Shown here in pieces: positions 38,492-50,225 of a DNA stretch of 50,225 bases. The stretch is from Guillardia theta CCMP2712 (taxonomy: Eukaryota; Protista; Cryptophyta). Positions within the stretch are counted from its first letter, which is position 1. Each line of letters begins with the position of its first letter. The DNA lies in contig NW_005434572.1 in assembly GCF_000315625.1 (NCBI RefSeq), forward strand, positions 215,389 to 265,613, written 5' to 3'. The position numbers and the translations under genes were made by a program. The notes below the pieces were generated by a model. It was not told the DNA's origin and made no database searches. It saw only the letters and a program-made list of their open reading frames with translations.

Positions 38492-39038
38492 AGGGTCAGC
38501 AACCTTTGTAAGGCTCCTCGTGATCTTTGTCAGCCCTCTTTTCCGACCCCCCTATTACCTTCTTTCGAAGCTTCGAGACTCCCGCCCTCCTGCTTTAGAG
38601 AGCCCTGAGGTCACACTGGCTCCACCACAACCTTCCCCGTCCTCATTCCCATGCACGCTCCTGCCGACATCCTCCCTCCAGCCCGTCAGCCTCTTCGCGA
38701 CGAGGACCTCAAGGATGAGCCCCGCTGCTCTCCAGCTCGTCCCAGCTCCCGCCTCCTCGCCTCCTCGCAACAAGACCCTTTGGACCGCCCCCTCCGTAGG
38801 ACCAACGATGACAAGGCGCGCAGCCAGTACGGATGTCCATCGAGGGCAAAGCAGCTCGCAGCTCTCAAAGCATCGATGGAGATGATCAAGTGCCATCGGA
38901 GGATCAAGGACTCACTTGGAAGACACGTGGCCCTGTGATTGGAAGTGAGCGCATGTATATGACATTGGATGTGAATATGTAGATTGAATAAACTAGACTG
39001 ATTCTTTTCAATGATTTCTTTTCAATGATTGCTTTCCG
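38492..39038 (+). repeat. Right arm of long inverted duplication, with an extra 14-bp tandem copy (tcttttcaatgatt)
   Basis: Near-identical to the left arm; one substitution seen near the inner end. Confidence 0.95.
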
Positions 39039-39198
39039 CTTGCCGTCGATTTTGTCCTAAACGGCTCAACGTAATTTCAAGAAAGATTGCTACAGTGATT
39101 CATTGAAATAGATACTGTAGTTCACCGTAATCCAATTCTCCAGGTGAGAAGTAAGATTTTTGTTCCTGATTCTGTACTGCTGCTGTTTGATTGGTTTA

Positions 39199-40719
39199 TC
39201 ATTCATTTATTCTTTTTCTGTTTGGAATGCTATGATAACACGCATCCATCATGGATAATCCTTCTCTTAATTTGAGAACGATTGAAAATACCTGAATGAA
39301 CAGTTGTCACCCAACTCCTGGCCCCCTATGAGGTTCTGACCTGATTGACGGTAAGAACTTCGCTGAATCCGTTTACAAGTTGTACATATTTCTTGACTGG
39401 TATTTTTCTTGTTCTTATCTCCGTTTCTTGTGCAGTATACCAAGTTGCCCCCTTGCAAAAGAAAAACGTGAATATCCACGAGTCTATGGCAACTTCAACC
39501 TTGTGTCGATTTCGATCCACCAGGCCACCCACTACATAAACCTGAAGGAAATCTCATTCCAAGTCTATGAGGGAACCTTTCAAGTTACTATGCCGTCGTC
39601 TATGGACTCAATTTCCTCTTCTGAATCAGCTGCACTGGCATCGTCAGATCGCAGTTTCAATCAATCTCCTAATGAGACCTGTCAGATATACAAGCGAATG
39701 TATCCTATCTGCATAGTGCTCATTGAAGCTCGACTGGGTCTTCTCGATAAACCAGTTTTCCGATCCCTGGATGCATATGAGCAGAGAAGTCGTCTTGCGA
39801 ATAAAGTTCCAACATGAAACTTCATCAATTGATTCTCAACATACTCGCTGTAGCTTGATAAGACCAACTTTACCGGAGATTGCGATTTACCATTCTGATA
39901 ACAGTCAGATAACGCAGTTAGATAATGCAAATTGTTTCAACTTGACTCACCATCGAGTATATCAACATGAGCTGTCGCAGCAGACTATTGAGTTCTTTCT
40001 CACTCATTAAGTTGACAAATTGTAAATCAAAGACAACTGCAGAAGTTGTCATCAGTCCGGTTACATATCGTATTACAAGGAGGTAAACCATGACAATTCG
40101 ACTCTTGCGCCTTCTGAAATAACAATTTCTGTTCAAGATGCAGACATTTCCTTGTTTCTCGTGCCTCTCTGAGTCATATGGTGGTAAGCGTACAAAACAC
40201 TTGATATCGTAAAATACTTTCGTGTTCGTTGGTCCTCCAATAACATTTCAGGTGTCATGTTTTCTCGCTTGCTGACAGCAATTCTGATCCTTTCTTCAAC
40301 CTGATTGGTGTAAAGAGGAAGAAGCAATCCAAAGGATGGAAACCTCAATCTTTCGTGATTGCTTTTCCAACAATTTTTTTTGTTCAATCTTTCTTTTAAG
40401 CTGTTGCTTTCGTTCCATCTGTTTTAGTGCGCGTAAGATTCAAGAGTGAAAATCGAAGCAACGAAAAAGATTTGCAATAATGCTTCAAAATGACGTCGAA
40501 GTAAGGGGAGTTCGATTGATGGTCTCTGAAATCCATTGCGAGAGGCAAGAATCCAAACATTCGCTACATCTTTTAACCAAACATTCGCCAAACATTTGCT
40601 ATATCTCATCACCTTTTTTGCTGATTTCTTGCTTTGTACATCGTCCAACATCATGAATGTGAATGTGCAATCATTCACTGAGGTTTGTCATCCCAGCATC
40701 CAATCATCATAGCCCTCAT
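39199..40719 (-). CDS. TRM10: tRNA m1R9 methyltransferase, TRM10/TRMT10 family (SPOUT)
   Basis: Spliced VVFDLQFVNLMSEKELNSLLRQLMLIYS...PVKLVLSS...LVYLT|ADSEEEIESIDDGI|VYVVGGLVDRNRHK|G...KIPVKKYV...VLTVNQ|VF...SIPNRK; start uncertain. Confidence 0.88.
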
Positions 40720-40844
40720 TTCAACTTTTGTAGGCTTATTTGAAAACCTCAAAGCTATCAGAAGTAGGACCTGCTACGGATACGGCCGGTACGGATACAT
40801 ATATTACTTTTATAAAGCCCCGCCCGGCCTAAGACTTCGAGGCC

Positions 40845-41548
40845 ATGTCGCGCTTTACATGTACCGTTATCGTGGCGTTGGCAAGCATGGCAATGACAGC
40901 GAATGCTTTCGTTCCTCATTCATCCTTTCGTCTCTCTCCTTCTCCCATGCAGTCTCGTCAAACTTCTTCTATGCTGTCGTCGTCGCTCCGAACGTCTCGT
41001 AAAAGTGGAGTCAATACCCTTGGCATGCAGTACGGCAGCGATGATGTCCCGGCCCTTGATCGCTTCGTTGCGTGCTTACCTTACGCGCTTCCTCTTGCAG
41101 ATTCATTTGAATGGGGTCATTTCCTCTTCGACAAGTTTCCGATCTTGGCTCTTCCGTTCGTTCCATTGTTTCCTGTCATTTCTTTACTAAATGCCCCTTT
41201 CGTGTCGTTTGCGGTCTTCATTGCTCTATTTTCGTTCGTTACACGCAATCCCTCAATCCCGAGGTTTGTAAGGTACAACACGCTGCAGGTAATTTGCAAA
41301 CCTCAATATCATTTGTTCTGATTATGTGTTTCAAGGCAATTTACCTCGACATCGCCCTGATCTTCCCGTCCTTGTTCAAAGGTTTGGCAGGAAATGTACC
41401 TTTGGAGTTGGCGGAAACAGGGAGCAACACAGTCTTTTATGCTATTCTTTTGTCTGTGATCTATGCTGCTGTTTCTAATATCAGTGGAAAGCTTCCCAAC
41501 GAGATTCCCTTGATCAGTGAAACAGTTGATGGACAGATGCCTTTTTGA
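40845..41548 (+). CDS. TIC20: Tic20/Ycf60-family plastid inner-envelope translocon protein with bipartite targeting leader
   Basis: Signal peptide ending ANA-FVP, Ser/Arg-rich transit peptide, DRFVACLPYALPL, VTRNPSIPRFVRYNTLQ|AIYLDI, GKLPNEIPLISETV; one intron at about 41289-41336. Confidence 0.88.
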
Positions 41549-41850
41549 TAAAGCGATCTGCTTGCAATCTTTGTCCTGCAAATCAATATCAACTGTGTAC
41601 TTCGTTTGGGCAGCAACTGAAAACAAAATTTCTATGTCATGATGAACTTTAGGAAAGAGTGAGTAAAATGCGATGGATTTGTCACGTTAGCCTACACAGA
41701 AGTATTTCCTAGATTGCAGGTCGTATATAACAAAATAGGATTACAATCACAAGCCTTGGGAAGGTCTTACGACAACTGTGCAAATAGATGTAATTAGGAA
41801 ATTCATAAGCAGCTTGCTTTGGCAAATATCAGCTCTTACAGCTCTACAAA

Positions 41851-43301
41851 TCACGAGGAAGGCTTTTCAGCTTTCTGTCGGGCTGCAGCATCTCGTCTGT
41901 GCCTACAGTGAGCAAAATATGAAGCTCCTGATCGAAATGCATCACCTTTGTTCCAAAAGTTTCTTGAACATTCCAACCTGAACACCAATCAGAAACTAAA
42001 AGAAGCAAAATTACCATTGCCTCTCGGGCAATCATCTTCATTTTCTCCACTCTCTCATCCATCAGCCAGTCAGCACGGTGCTTTTGAAATGATGAGAATC
42101 TTGAGTACACAAAACATACATGCCAAAACCTGCTCCATGTACTGAACTCCATCGACAATGAATCCTTGGAATCGAGTGGCGTCGTCCGGATTCAGCACTG
42201 GGCATGATCAGAATTAACAATTAAACAAATGCTAAGGTTTTGAGTTACGTGCTCCTCGAAGAAAAGCTTCCCTCTCTGGATGATCTTCCATTCGTAGCAG
42301 CGAAGCTAGAAGTTTAACGTAAGGCTTGTCCCTTGTTCTGATTTCTGCAACAACCCTGATTTGAGCAAGAGTGATCTTAGTAATGTAATTTCGAAATACG
42401 GTGGATGAAACCTGTCCTTAATGACTTTCAGCATTTTTACAAGCACAGATTCTTTCGAGTCAGACTGGAACGGGCATATTCGTCACTTTTCGAAAAGTAC
42501 CACGGTAGAGAATACATTGTTTTCATCCTCCTGCGCCTTCGCTACAATTTCATCCAAGTAATCAACTAATCCATCGTCCAAGCCACGATTCTGAAAATGA
42601 TTTACATTAGACAGGAAAGCAAAGGTAAAGGGATAGAGATACCTCGCAAAATTCAGTCATAATTTCGTCTAAGACCTCTGGTCCTTCAAGCGCTGCTCCT
42701 ATGATGTATTCCAATTTAGCTTTGTTTATCAAATCTCTCTGCTCCTTCTTGAATTCCAGCAGTTTTTCATCAACAACTTCTAGAAGTTGCAATTCTTCCT
42801 ACAACTTCATTTTAGCACAAGATTAGATAGATCGATTTGAGATTGGAATACCTCACTGCTGCATTCTTCAAGTCGTCGATACATAACATTTTTGTAAACA
42901 GGTTCATTCAGCAAGGCTTCAACATTGTCAAGAAAGATTCTCGGAGGTAATTCTCCTAAGGGAGCTGGAGCCATTGCAGCAGGATGTTTGCTCATCATTT
43001 GATCAACTACCATTGTAATCTTCTGTCGGATCTCTTCCTCGTCCCCAGTGATTCCTGAGTCTTGTGTAACGAATTCATTGGGTTCATTGAGATCGGCTCC
43101 TATGCGAAGAGTCGTCACTGGCCTAGTATTGCGTACGAATGACACAGGTACACGACTGAGACAAAAATGGTCAAGGTTGTTGGTCGTTAATGCTGCCCTT
43201 GTTCCACTTCTGAACGTAAGATGAGGGCTGAAGGCAGATATTCGCGCTGGGAGGAAACAACACGCAACTAAAGCACAAGTCAAGAGTCTAGAGCATCGCA
43301 T
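41851..43301 (-). CDS. Plastid-targeted hypothetical protein
   Basis: MRCSRLLTCALVACCFLPARISA-FSP leader plus transit peptide; helical acidic exons splice in frame through GT-AG introns to ...RDAAARQKAEKPSS*. Confidence 0.7.
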
Positions 43302-43770
43302 TTTGCAACTCCGTAAAGAGATTGAGAAAAGGCGTTTAGGAACTTTTGTTTGCTTGTCGTTTCTCAACGAGCAACTAAGAGTCTGCCTGCAGGCTTACGT
43401 CAGTGCAATTTGGTAGCAGTGTCAAAACAACGAGCTATTTGCGGTGCATGGCTTGAAAAGAAAGAATCACAAGGGGAACAAAGCAGCAAGATGATTTCAG
43501 GTAGAGGCAACGCGAATAAAACGAGCAAAGTGAGGGAAGGGGCCGTCGACCCGCATTGAGGGCAGCAGTCGCATCACTAATGCGCATTCTCAAATGCAGC
43601 GCGAGGTCCGCTGAAGTAACTTTTATGGCATAGCGGTTACTTCTCAGTTACATTTGCACTGCATTTGCTCCCTGGTCCGCCTCAGGTTCCGCCTATTCCG
43701 GGTGGGGATGAGGGTTTTATGCTGGTTGACTGAACTGACATCGCCGGAAATAGACGGCTGGGGGCAAGGC

Positions 43771-45105
43771 ATGGCAGGGACCGAGGGGCTCGTTCGGCCT
43801 CTGCGGTCTGGCCGCATGCCAAGTAGCTCGAAGCACAGAGCCATGGCATGTCTTATGCTGGGATTGGGAGCAGCAGCAGTTACTCTGATTTTCAGGGATG
43901 GGAATGGAACGGTAAGTTTCTTGCTCGTCAGACGTCTCTTTTTTCGATCTGCTTCCTTGAGGACTTGCGCTTTGCACAAGGATGTGATAGAAGATTTACC
44001 AGCAGGATCCTGTTTCCGATACGATGGACAAGAACAGTGAACAGTTCAAGCGTATGTTCCGAGGAAGCGTCGACTTCGAAGACTATCCTACATGGACGAA
44101 AACCGTGGATCAAATCAATGAAGTGGTTTGGAACTGAACAAGTGAACAAGTCAAAAACTCATATTTGTACAGGGCAAAGTCAACCACGGTGTTTGGACTT
44201 ATTACAAGGGCCCTCCGTTCTTGCAGAGAGTCACTATGTACTCGGGTGAAAGCCGAATTCTAGATTTTACTCTCTCTGATGTCTCCTGATTTCTAGGCAA
44301 TGACGTGGACATTACTAGAGCGGGGAATTTGATCAGGAAAGTCCTTGGACTGCCAAAGAACTTTGGAAAGTGGGAGGGGAGCAGCTACATCGAGAACTTT
44401 GGTACACAACAGATGAGATTTTTGCAAAGCAATAGACACTCGGTACCATGGTTATCTCAGACCTCACGGGGAAGTTAACCATTTTTCAGGTCTTAGTTAT
44501 TCCTCCCCTCTCCGAAGGAAATCGTCCCATTTTGAGCGATGAGGCGAAAGCAAGACTTCGCCACTACATTTCTGTTGGGCACAATACTCTCATCATTTGT
44601 GGAGGACCTGCCAACGTGGACTTCATCAACTCCAACTTGTTGCCACAAGATGGTATGTCATATTTGGTTTGTCTCTTGCCTTCCAAAAACTTAATGTTTC
44701 TCTGTTTTGTGTTTGTATGCAGCTTGATGCATATTCATGACCTGTTCCGTCAGGTGGTACGCTCTTGGAGCAAGCGTGGACAAGGGGTCCATATGAAAAG
44801 CAAGAAGCTGCGATCGGGACTCCTTTTCAGACTCTTCCAGTCACGCTTCCCAATGACATGAATCATGCACATGGAGTGCGCCTGGTACCTGATGCAGCAT
44901 TGAAGGTTTTGGGCTTAACTATGAGTGTTTTATGCAGTCTTCTCTACCGATGGATGCTGTAAGCTACTTCGAGACAGCAGGGGTCAGCGTTGTTTTCGGC
45001 ATGAAATTTGGCAGTGGACAAGCTCTATTCCTTGGTTTTGATTTCTCATTACTTTCTAAACCATGGATCAAGACTCTTATTGCGGGGATGGAGTTTGCTT
45101 CATAA
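43771..45105 (+). CDS. Hypothetical type II membrane or secreted protein
   Basis: N-terminal TM (AMACLMLGLGAAAVTLIF); exons splice in frame to ...FGMKFGSGQALFLGFDFSLLSKPWIKTLIAGMEFAS*. Confidence 0.65.
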
Positions 45106-45279
45106 AGGGTTTTATTTGTACGAATAAATGTGGGGATCTGTGGACTCAGTGACTCGCCGCGGTACTGCGTGTGGATCGGATCATGCATAAACTTGAAATG
45201 TTTAGCAGGCTGCTTGACAATAAGTGCTAACTTACGTTGTGATTCACTTCCTGTACACCGGATCGGAATCCGAGGCTGC

Positions 45280-45645
45280 CAGGACTGGGCCCGGCCTGGC
45301 ACTGCGGCAGCCAGTGAGGTGTACTACCGGGTAGCCGGGCTCAACGGTGCGGCCGGTTGAATAGGTTTCAACTTTCAGTGGCAGGGGCCGCCTGACCGTG
45401 CCAGGCGGCCCCGGGCTCAGCCCGGCCCACGTGACGCGGCCGGGCCGCCGCCACGGTCAGCTGACTCGCCCGGCCGCTCCGAGTCAGGCCGCCGGTCACT
45501 GTCACCGGGTGGCCGCCCGGCCGCCGCCCGGCGGGGCGGCGGTGCGCCGGCCGTTAGCCCGGGCCTCGGAACCGTCCCGGAGTCCGATCCGATCACTGTG
45601 ACCGTCACAGTGGCCTGCCCGTCGGACGGGCAGGCCCGGCTAGTA
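45280..45645. promoter_or_regulatory. GC-rich low-complexity island upstream of the DnaJ gene
   Basis: Abrupt GC jump within an AT-richer region. Confidence 0.35.
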
Positions 45646-46067
45646 ACTTACTGTCACAGGCTTCAACCCCGCATTATTAGTCAATAAATTAAAAATGCAG
45701 AAGCTCGACATCGAACAGTGGGAAGAGGAGTGACAAAGCGCGAAAGATCATGGATGTTGATTTCAATGACGCGCTGAACGTTGGATTAGATAGCCTTGTT
45801 GCACCAAAAGATCTAAGAATCCATCTGCATGCAAACCTAAACCCTGAATATCGAAATAGCGACAACTTCTTGTAGCTGCGCAAGCAAACAAACAGATGTA
45901 GTGAGGTTATTTTCGTGGTGTGATGTAGTACTTTCGGGACTAAACATCAACATGAAATGATTTTCTAACTTGGTGTGCAGGAACGTTTGTAGTGGAGCCG
46001 ACGGTGCATCGAGACTGATAAGGAGTGTGATGCTGTAGCAGCAAGCAACAAACCAGCTGAAAGCGCG

Positions 46068-47552
46068 ATGGAAACTCTGGCATCGGGAGCCAATGTAAAC
46101 ACAACGCAATACTATGAAATTCTAGGGCTGCAGAAAGGAGATGCAAACACGCCAGATGATATCAAGAGAGCATGGAAGAAAACAGCTTTGAGACTACATC
46201 CTGACCGGAATCGAGATGATCTGGAGGCTGAAAACAAGTTTAAGTTGGCGAAGGATGCGTATGACGTTCTTTCCGACCCTGAGAGAAAGCAAGTTTATGA
46301 CAAATATGGAGAAGAAGGGCTCAAGATCAAGGAAGCAATGGATAACATGGATCCTGCCATGGCCCTCTATGCTCTTGGAAGTGCGAGTTCCGCAGCTCGT
46401 GGAATGCTTGTGCTCTGCATATCTTTCTTTTGCTGTTTTCTTTTGCTGTTTCCTATTTTCCTCACTGTTCGCATTGATGGATCCTCCAATATGAAATGGG
46501 CAGGCGTGTTTTCGCCTCTGTTTATAGTCGTCGGTCTTTCGGTGTGTTGTTCATTGCCTGCAGCACTGTCATCAGAGCAGCAAGACAGCAGTGCCATCGG
46601 CAGAGCATACACTAGGTTCACTCCGCTGCTGTACTCTATCTGCGTATTGATATTCTTGTCCCTTCTGGCGAGTGCTCTTGATGGCGATCTCAACACAGGG
46701 ATCGGGCAGATCTTCATCCCGGTGTTCATTATGGAGGCGGTGGAAATACTTGCTCTCACTTTTAGAGTGTCCAGAGCGGCATATGGCAAGTATGAAGCAG
46801 AGAAGAAGTCGGGAAGTCCTGTACTCTCGTACTGGGAGTTTGTTGTGGACAAGTCTCTCTTCAAGATCTTGCGGTTGATTCAATGGATCTTGATCGTTGC
46901 GAAGGTCTCGGGGTCTACATCCTCATCTTGGTGGGCCATCCTCCTTCCTATCTGGCTTTGGTTTGCGTACTACATCTCGATGAGGATCGTAGTGAAATCG
47001 TTTCGAATCTTATCCCTCGAGAAAAACCGCAATCCAAATCGTCCTCTCAGTGCAACAGACGAAGATGAGCATGATTCTGGCAAAGAGAATGTTTCTTCGA
47101 GAATCTTTACCTTTGTTTGCTTTATTCTGCCAATCTTGATTATGTTTATTCTCCTGGCATCTCGTCTCTCGGGATCAACGCTTGCGAATCATTCCTTTGC
47201 TGAAGTTCTTATTCCTTTTTTCTTGCAAGCTGGCCTCATTTTCTGTGCGATCTCTTGCACGCTAATGTGCCTGAGAAAACCAGAAACCGATGCTGGAGGA
47301 GGGCAAGAAAATCAGGAGGAAGACCCTGAAAGTGGTCAAACCAGACAGGAAGGGGAATCGAATGATCACTACAACCTCGATGCCGGCAGAGGCGAAGGAA
47401 TCCAGCCTGTGAGCGCGAACCAACAGGATGTACATATAAGTTCAGACACGCAAAGAGAGGATTCCGGTGAAAAATTGCAATTTTTTTAATATTTCACGCT
47501 CCCTGACTCTTTTTGTGCAGAATTTGTTTCTATTGGGATTGAAGAGAAGTAA
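46068..47552 (+). CDS. J-domain (Hsp40) protein fused to a multi-pass TMEM185/TMEM203-like membrane region
   Basis: YYEILGL...DIKRAWKKTALRLHPDRN...AYDVLSDPERKQVYDKYGEEG; repeated TM hairpins WAGVFSPLF, IFIPVFI, WWAILLPIW, VLIPFF; probable short last exon 47521-47552. Confidence 0.88.
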
Positions 47553-47829
47553 TTTCAATCATCTCAATCTGTGTGTTGAGTATCGACAGCAAATATCATG
47601 AATATGGCAGTACATTCAGATCTGAGAGATAAGTTGAGACTAACAAAATGCTCTTGAACGAGAATTTCTCATACTCGACAACTCATAATTCGATTACAAT
47701 CATTCTGAAATCATTAAGAAAAACATCTAATACTCTCTCGGCTTCACAAATTCTTTCAAGAAACCCACAACAAATTACAAACGATTCGCGATCACATTCA
47801 AATCACAAAGCTCGTACCACGGCTGTTTC

Positions 47830-49914
47830 TTAATAGGCCATGAACGTGTCTACGTACGCTTTGCCCAAAAACGATCGTCCAATCACACTGCAACGTACGA
47901 GATCAGTACCTCAAAGCCAATATGCAGGTTGACAACCTGGTCTTTGGAGCATTTTCTGCGCCAATCATCTGAATGACAAGGTCATATTTGGTGAACACTT
48001 CTTCGATCAGAATTACATCAAGTGTCTCCTGCGTCAGGCGATATCTTCCGTCTTCGGGGAGTCGTTCCATGACAGCAATCCCGCAGTTTGGCGGGTTGTG
48101 TGTGGCCTCGAATTGCTCGACACTCCACTAACGATGCAGCTCAAAGTCAGAAGTCTATGTTGCTGGTCAAGCGAATCACCTGAAACCATCGCATCAAGAA
48201 CAATCGGAGCGCCAACCCGTGCGTGATGATAATCACATTTGAGCCCTCCTGTTTGGATGAGTCAGGTCGTTTAGGAGGCTTCGATTTTGAGGTAGGGCTG
48301 AGACAGAAAGGGCACACATCTTCAAGACCTGTAGATGATCTCTACGCAAAGTGCCGATAAAGCCTGAAACCCTAATGTACACGTCCAAGCCTGCTTCTCC
48401 ATTTGGGAAGCGATAAAAAAATCTTCCAAATTTGCTTCTTTCATGCCTGTAATGATCAATTAAGAACAAAAAATCAAAGACACAGCAATCCAACTGACTT
48501 ATTTTGTCGAATGGTATTGAGATTCTGCAGGTTTCCAAACTAAACAGCATTTAGCAACCGAATTTGTCAATCATCGTTAAATTACTTGTTGCTCAGCGAT
48601 TCGAGGTTCCTCGCGCAGGCCTTGAATCTTGAGCCATGGCATCGCATCATGTGTTTGCAAGCATGTAACATATGCAATAGATTACCTGCTCATAATCTAG
48701 AGCTTGAATCAGCTGCCGACAAGTCTGAACTGCGCGTTGATAAGGGCTGTGATACACGTATACTGGTTCTTCTTTGACCTTGTCAGTAAAGTCAAATATA
48801 TACCAACACTAGATTTGGATTCGTTACAATCTCTTTGATTTTTGTCCCTGCGTCCCATGCCTGCCATTCCATCAAATTCACGCATTCACTGTGGCTTCTT
48901 GACCTGTCGCAAGCCTCGAGGATTGAGAGCAATCTTCCAATCTGCTTGATGATTAGGAGACTTGATTGGTCAACACAAAACATTCCTGGTATCTGAGTGT
49001 AGAGAATTTCTTGAGTATTACCCTCTGATTCACCATGCCGTACTAAAATTATTCGTTTCGGTCGTGGCATCTGTGAAGAGTAAGTGAAAAGAACGAACCC
49101 TAACCGTTCACCGCCGTCAATGAATTCCGAGTCGGCATTGAATGAGGTAGTGGTTTCAATCTCTGAATAGACATGTGCCCATTTCTTTGGGAGAACTTGT
49201 CAAAGTTTGAAAGGCCCTTCGAGTCTTCTAGATTTATAGCGCTCGATGATGTTGGAACCTCTGCAGAGGACGAACAGATTGAAAGAGGTTGGCAGGTACT
49301 TTGTGCACTGAGTATTGTTGACGGAGACATTGCTGTACATTCTGGCGGAAAGTGATAATGATCTAGGGGCTGAACAATACTTAATTTGCTTTCAAGAGCA
49401 AGAATTTTCTTCTGTTCTGGACAAATTTGACCCTTCACATCATTATCGCTGAAGTCGATGTGGTCAGTTGGACCCGACGATGTTGGAAGTGATACTAAGT
49501 TGACGTTTCTGGTCTTGCGGTGCCCCCTTGAAAATATTCCTGTCCATAGATTCCTGGAATAAAGATGTCATTTACGAGAGATGGCAAATCAAGATTGCAC
49601 GCTCGAGCTACACCCCCCAGGGACCCCGCATTCTGAGACTCTCGATCAAGTCGATGAGAAACAAACTAGTCAAGCAAAATGATCGAACACAACATTGAAA
49701 AGTGTAGCAACAACCCCCAGCTCACCGTGTCGAGATTGAACAAAAGGAACGCATGACAAAGTGCAATTTTCTTGTGCAGCCCTGGTTTAGTCAGGTTTGG
49801 GGTTTAGGATTTAGTCAGGGTTTAGCCTAGAATTTAGGATTTAGGTGGACAAGCCTGAAGGACCGACTGCGCCGGGGTGGAGATGAGGGAAGATGATGAA
49901 GAAGAGGAAGACAT
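47830..49914 (-). CDS. Histidine phosphatase / PGM-like protein (Det1/AT74 type) with probable N-terminal extension
   Basis: PKRIILVRHGESEGN, SPYQRAVQT, REEPRIAEQQ|FGN, FGRFFYRFPNGEAGLDVY, IITHGLALRLFLMRWFQ|WSVEQFE. The core is 47830-49070; exons 49112-49914 are less certain. Confidence 0.85.
49785..49847 (+). repeat. Degenerate interstitial telomere-like repeats
   Basis: ggtttagtcaggtttggggtttaggatttagtcagggtttagcctagaatttaggatttagg. Confidence 0.65.
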
Positions 49915-50120
49915 GGAAGAAGAGCAAGGCGAGGGCAAGGAAGGAGACGGGGCGAGCCCGTACCGAGCTTGAGCTGCGAACCGAAGGCCAAGGTAAGGCG
50001 GGGGCAACTCTTTTGACTTAGGCTGAGAAAGCTGCACGGAGTAGAAGTAGATGGCGAGGTTAGCACTTTAGGCCGTGTACTCCAAGTACTCGCGCGCCTC
50101 TTTCGACTAGAATTGTCTAA

Positions 50121-50225
50121 GTTTAGGGTTTAGGGTTTAGGGTTTAGGGTTTTAGGGTTTAGGGTTTAGGGTTTAGGGTTTTAGGGTTTAGGGTTTAGGG
50201 TTTAGGGTTTAGGGTGTAGGGTTTA
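50121..50225 (+). repeat. Telomere (TTTAGGG)n with occasional TTTTAGGG variants
   Basis: G-rich strand runs 5'->3' to the end of the sequence. Confidence 0.97.

Noticed and set aside
11270-39038. ZNFX1 + Fic + inverted repeat as a linked defence island
   Set aside because: They are separated by ordinary housekeeping genes, and adjacency in a eukaryote is not evidence of joint function
39040-40700. Apparent pseudogene or viral ORF fragments
   Set aside because: The fragments splice cleanly into an intact TRM10

Overview
Eukaryotic nuclear DNA running to the right end of a chromosome, closing in a (TTTAGGG)n telomere at about 50121-50225. Short spliceosomal introns (about 44-60 nt), bipartite signal peptide + Phe plastid leaders and the telomere type suggest a cryptophyte alga such as Guillardia theta (inference). 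Splicing the exons by hand gives about 20 genes: NDR/LATS kinase (5' part), VPS26C, an EF-hand protein, a ZNFX1-type SF1 helicase with NF-X1 fingers and a C-terminal RZ finger not shown in the ORF track, RLP24, a MIT-domain protein, a Kelch protein, a Fic-domain protein whose catalytic motif is split by an intron, a divergent Sar1, a BCH-PH-RhoGAP-TPR protein, TRM10, Tic20, a J-domain membrane protein, a Det1/AT74-like histidine phosphatase and several hypothetical proteins. Main points of interest: (1) three unrelated genes appear to need non-canonical GA-AG introns with the same AG|GAAT donor, alongside frequent GC-AG introns; (2) an algal ZNFX1 with an intact RZ finger and a Gly/Arg-rich repeat N-terminus; (3) a Fic enzyme unlike FICD, possibly fused to Kelch; (4) a near-perfect inverted duplication of about 530 bp between two convergent genes; (5) a gene starting about 200 bp from the telomere. 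All gene models were spliced by eye and need RNA-seq confirmation.
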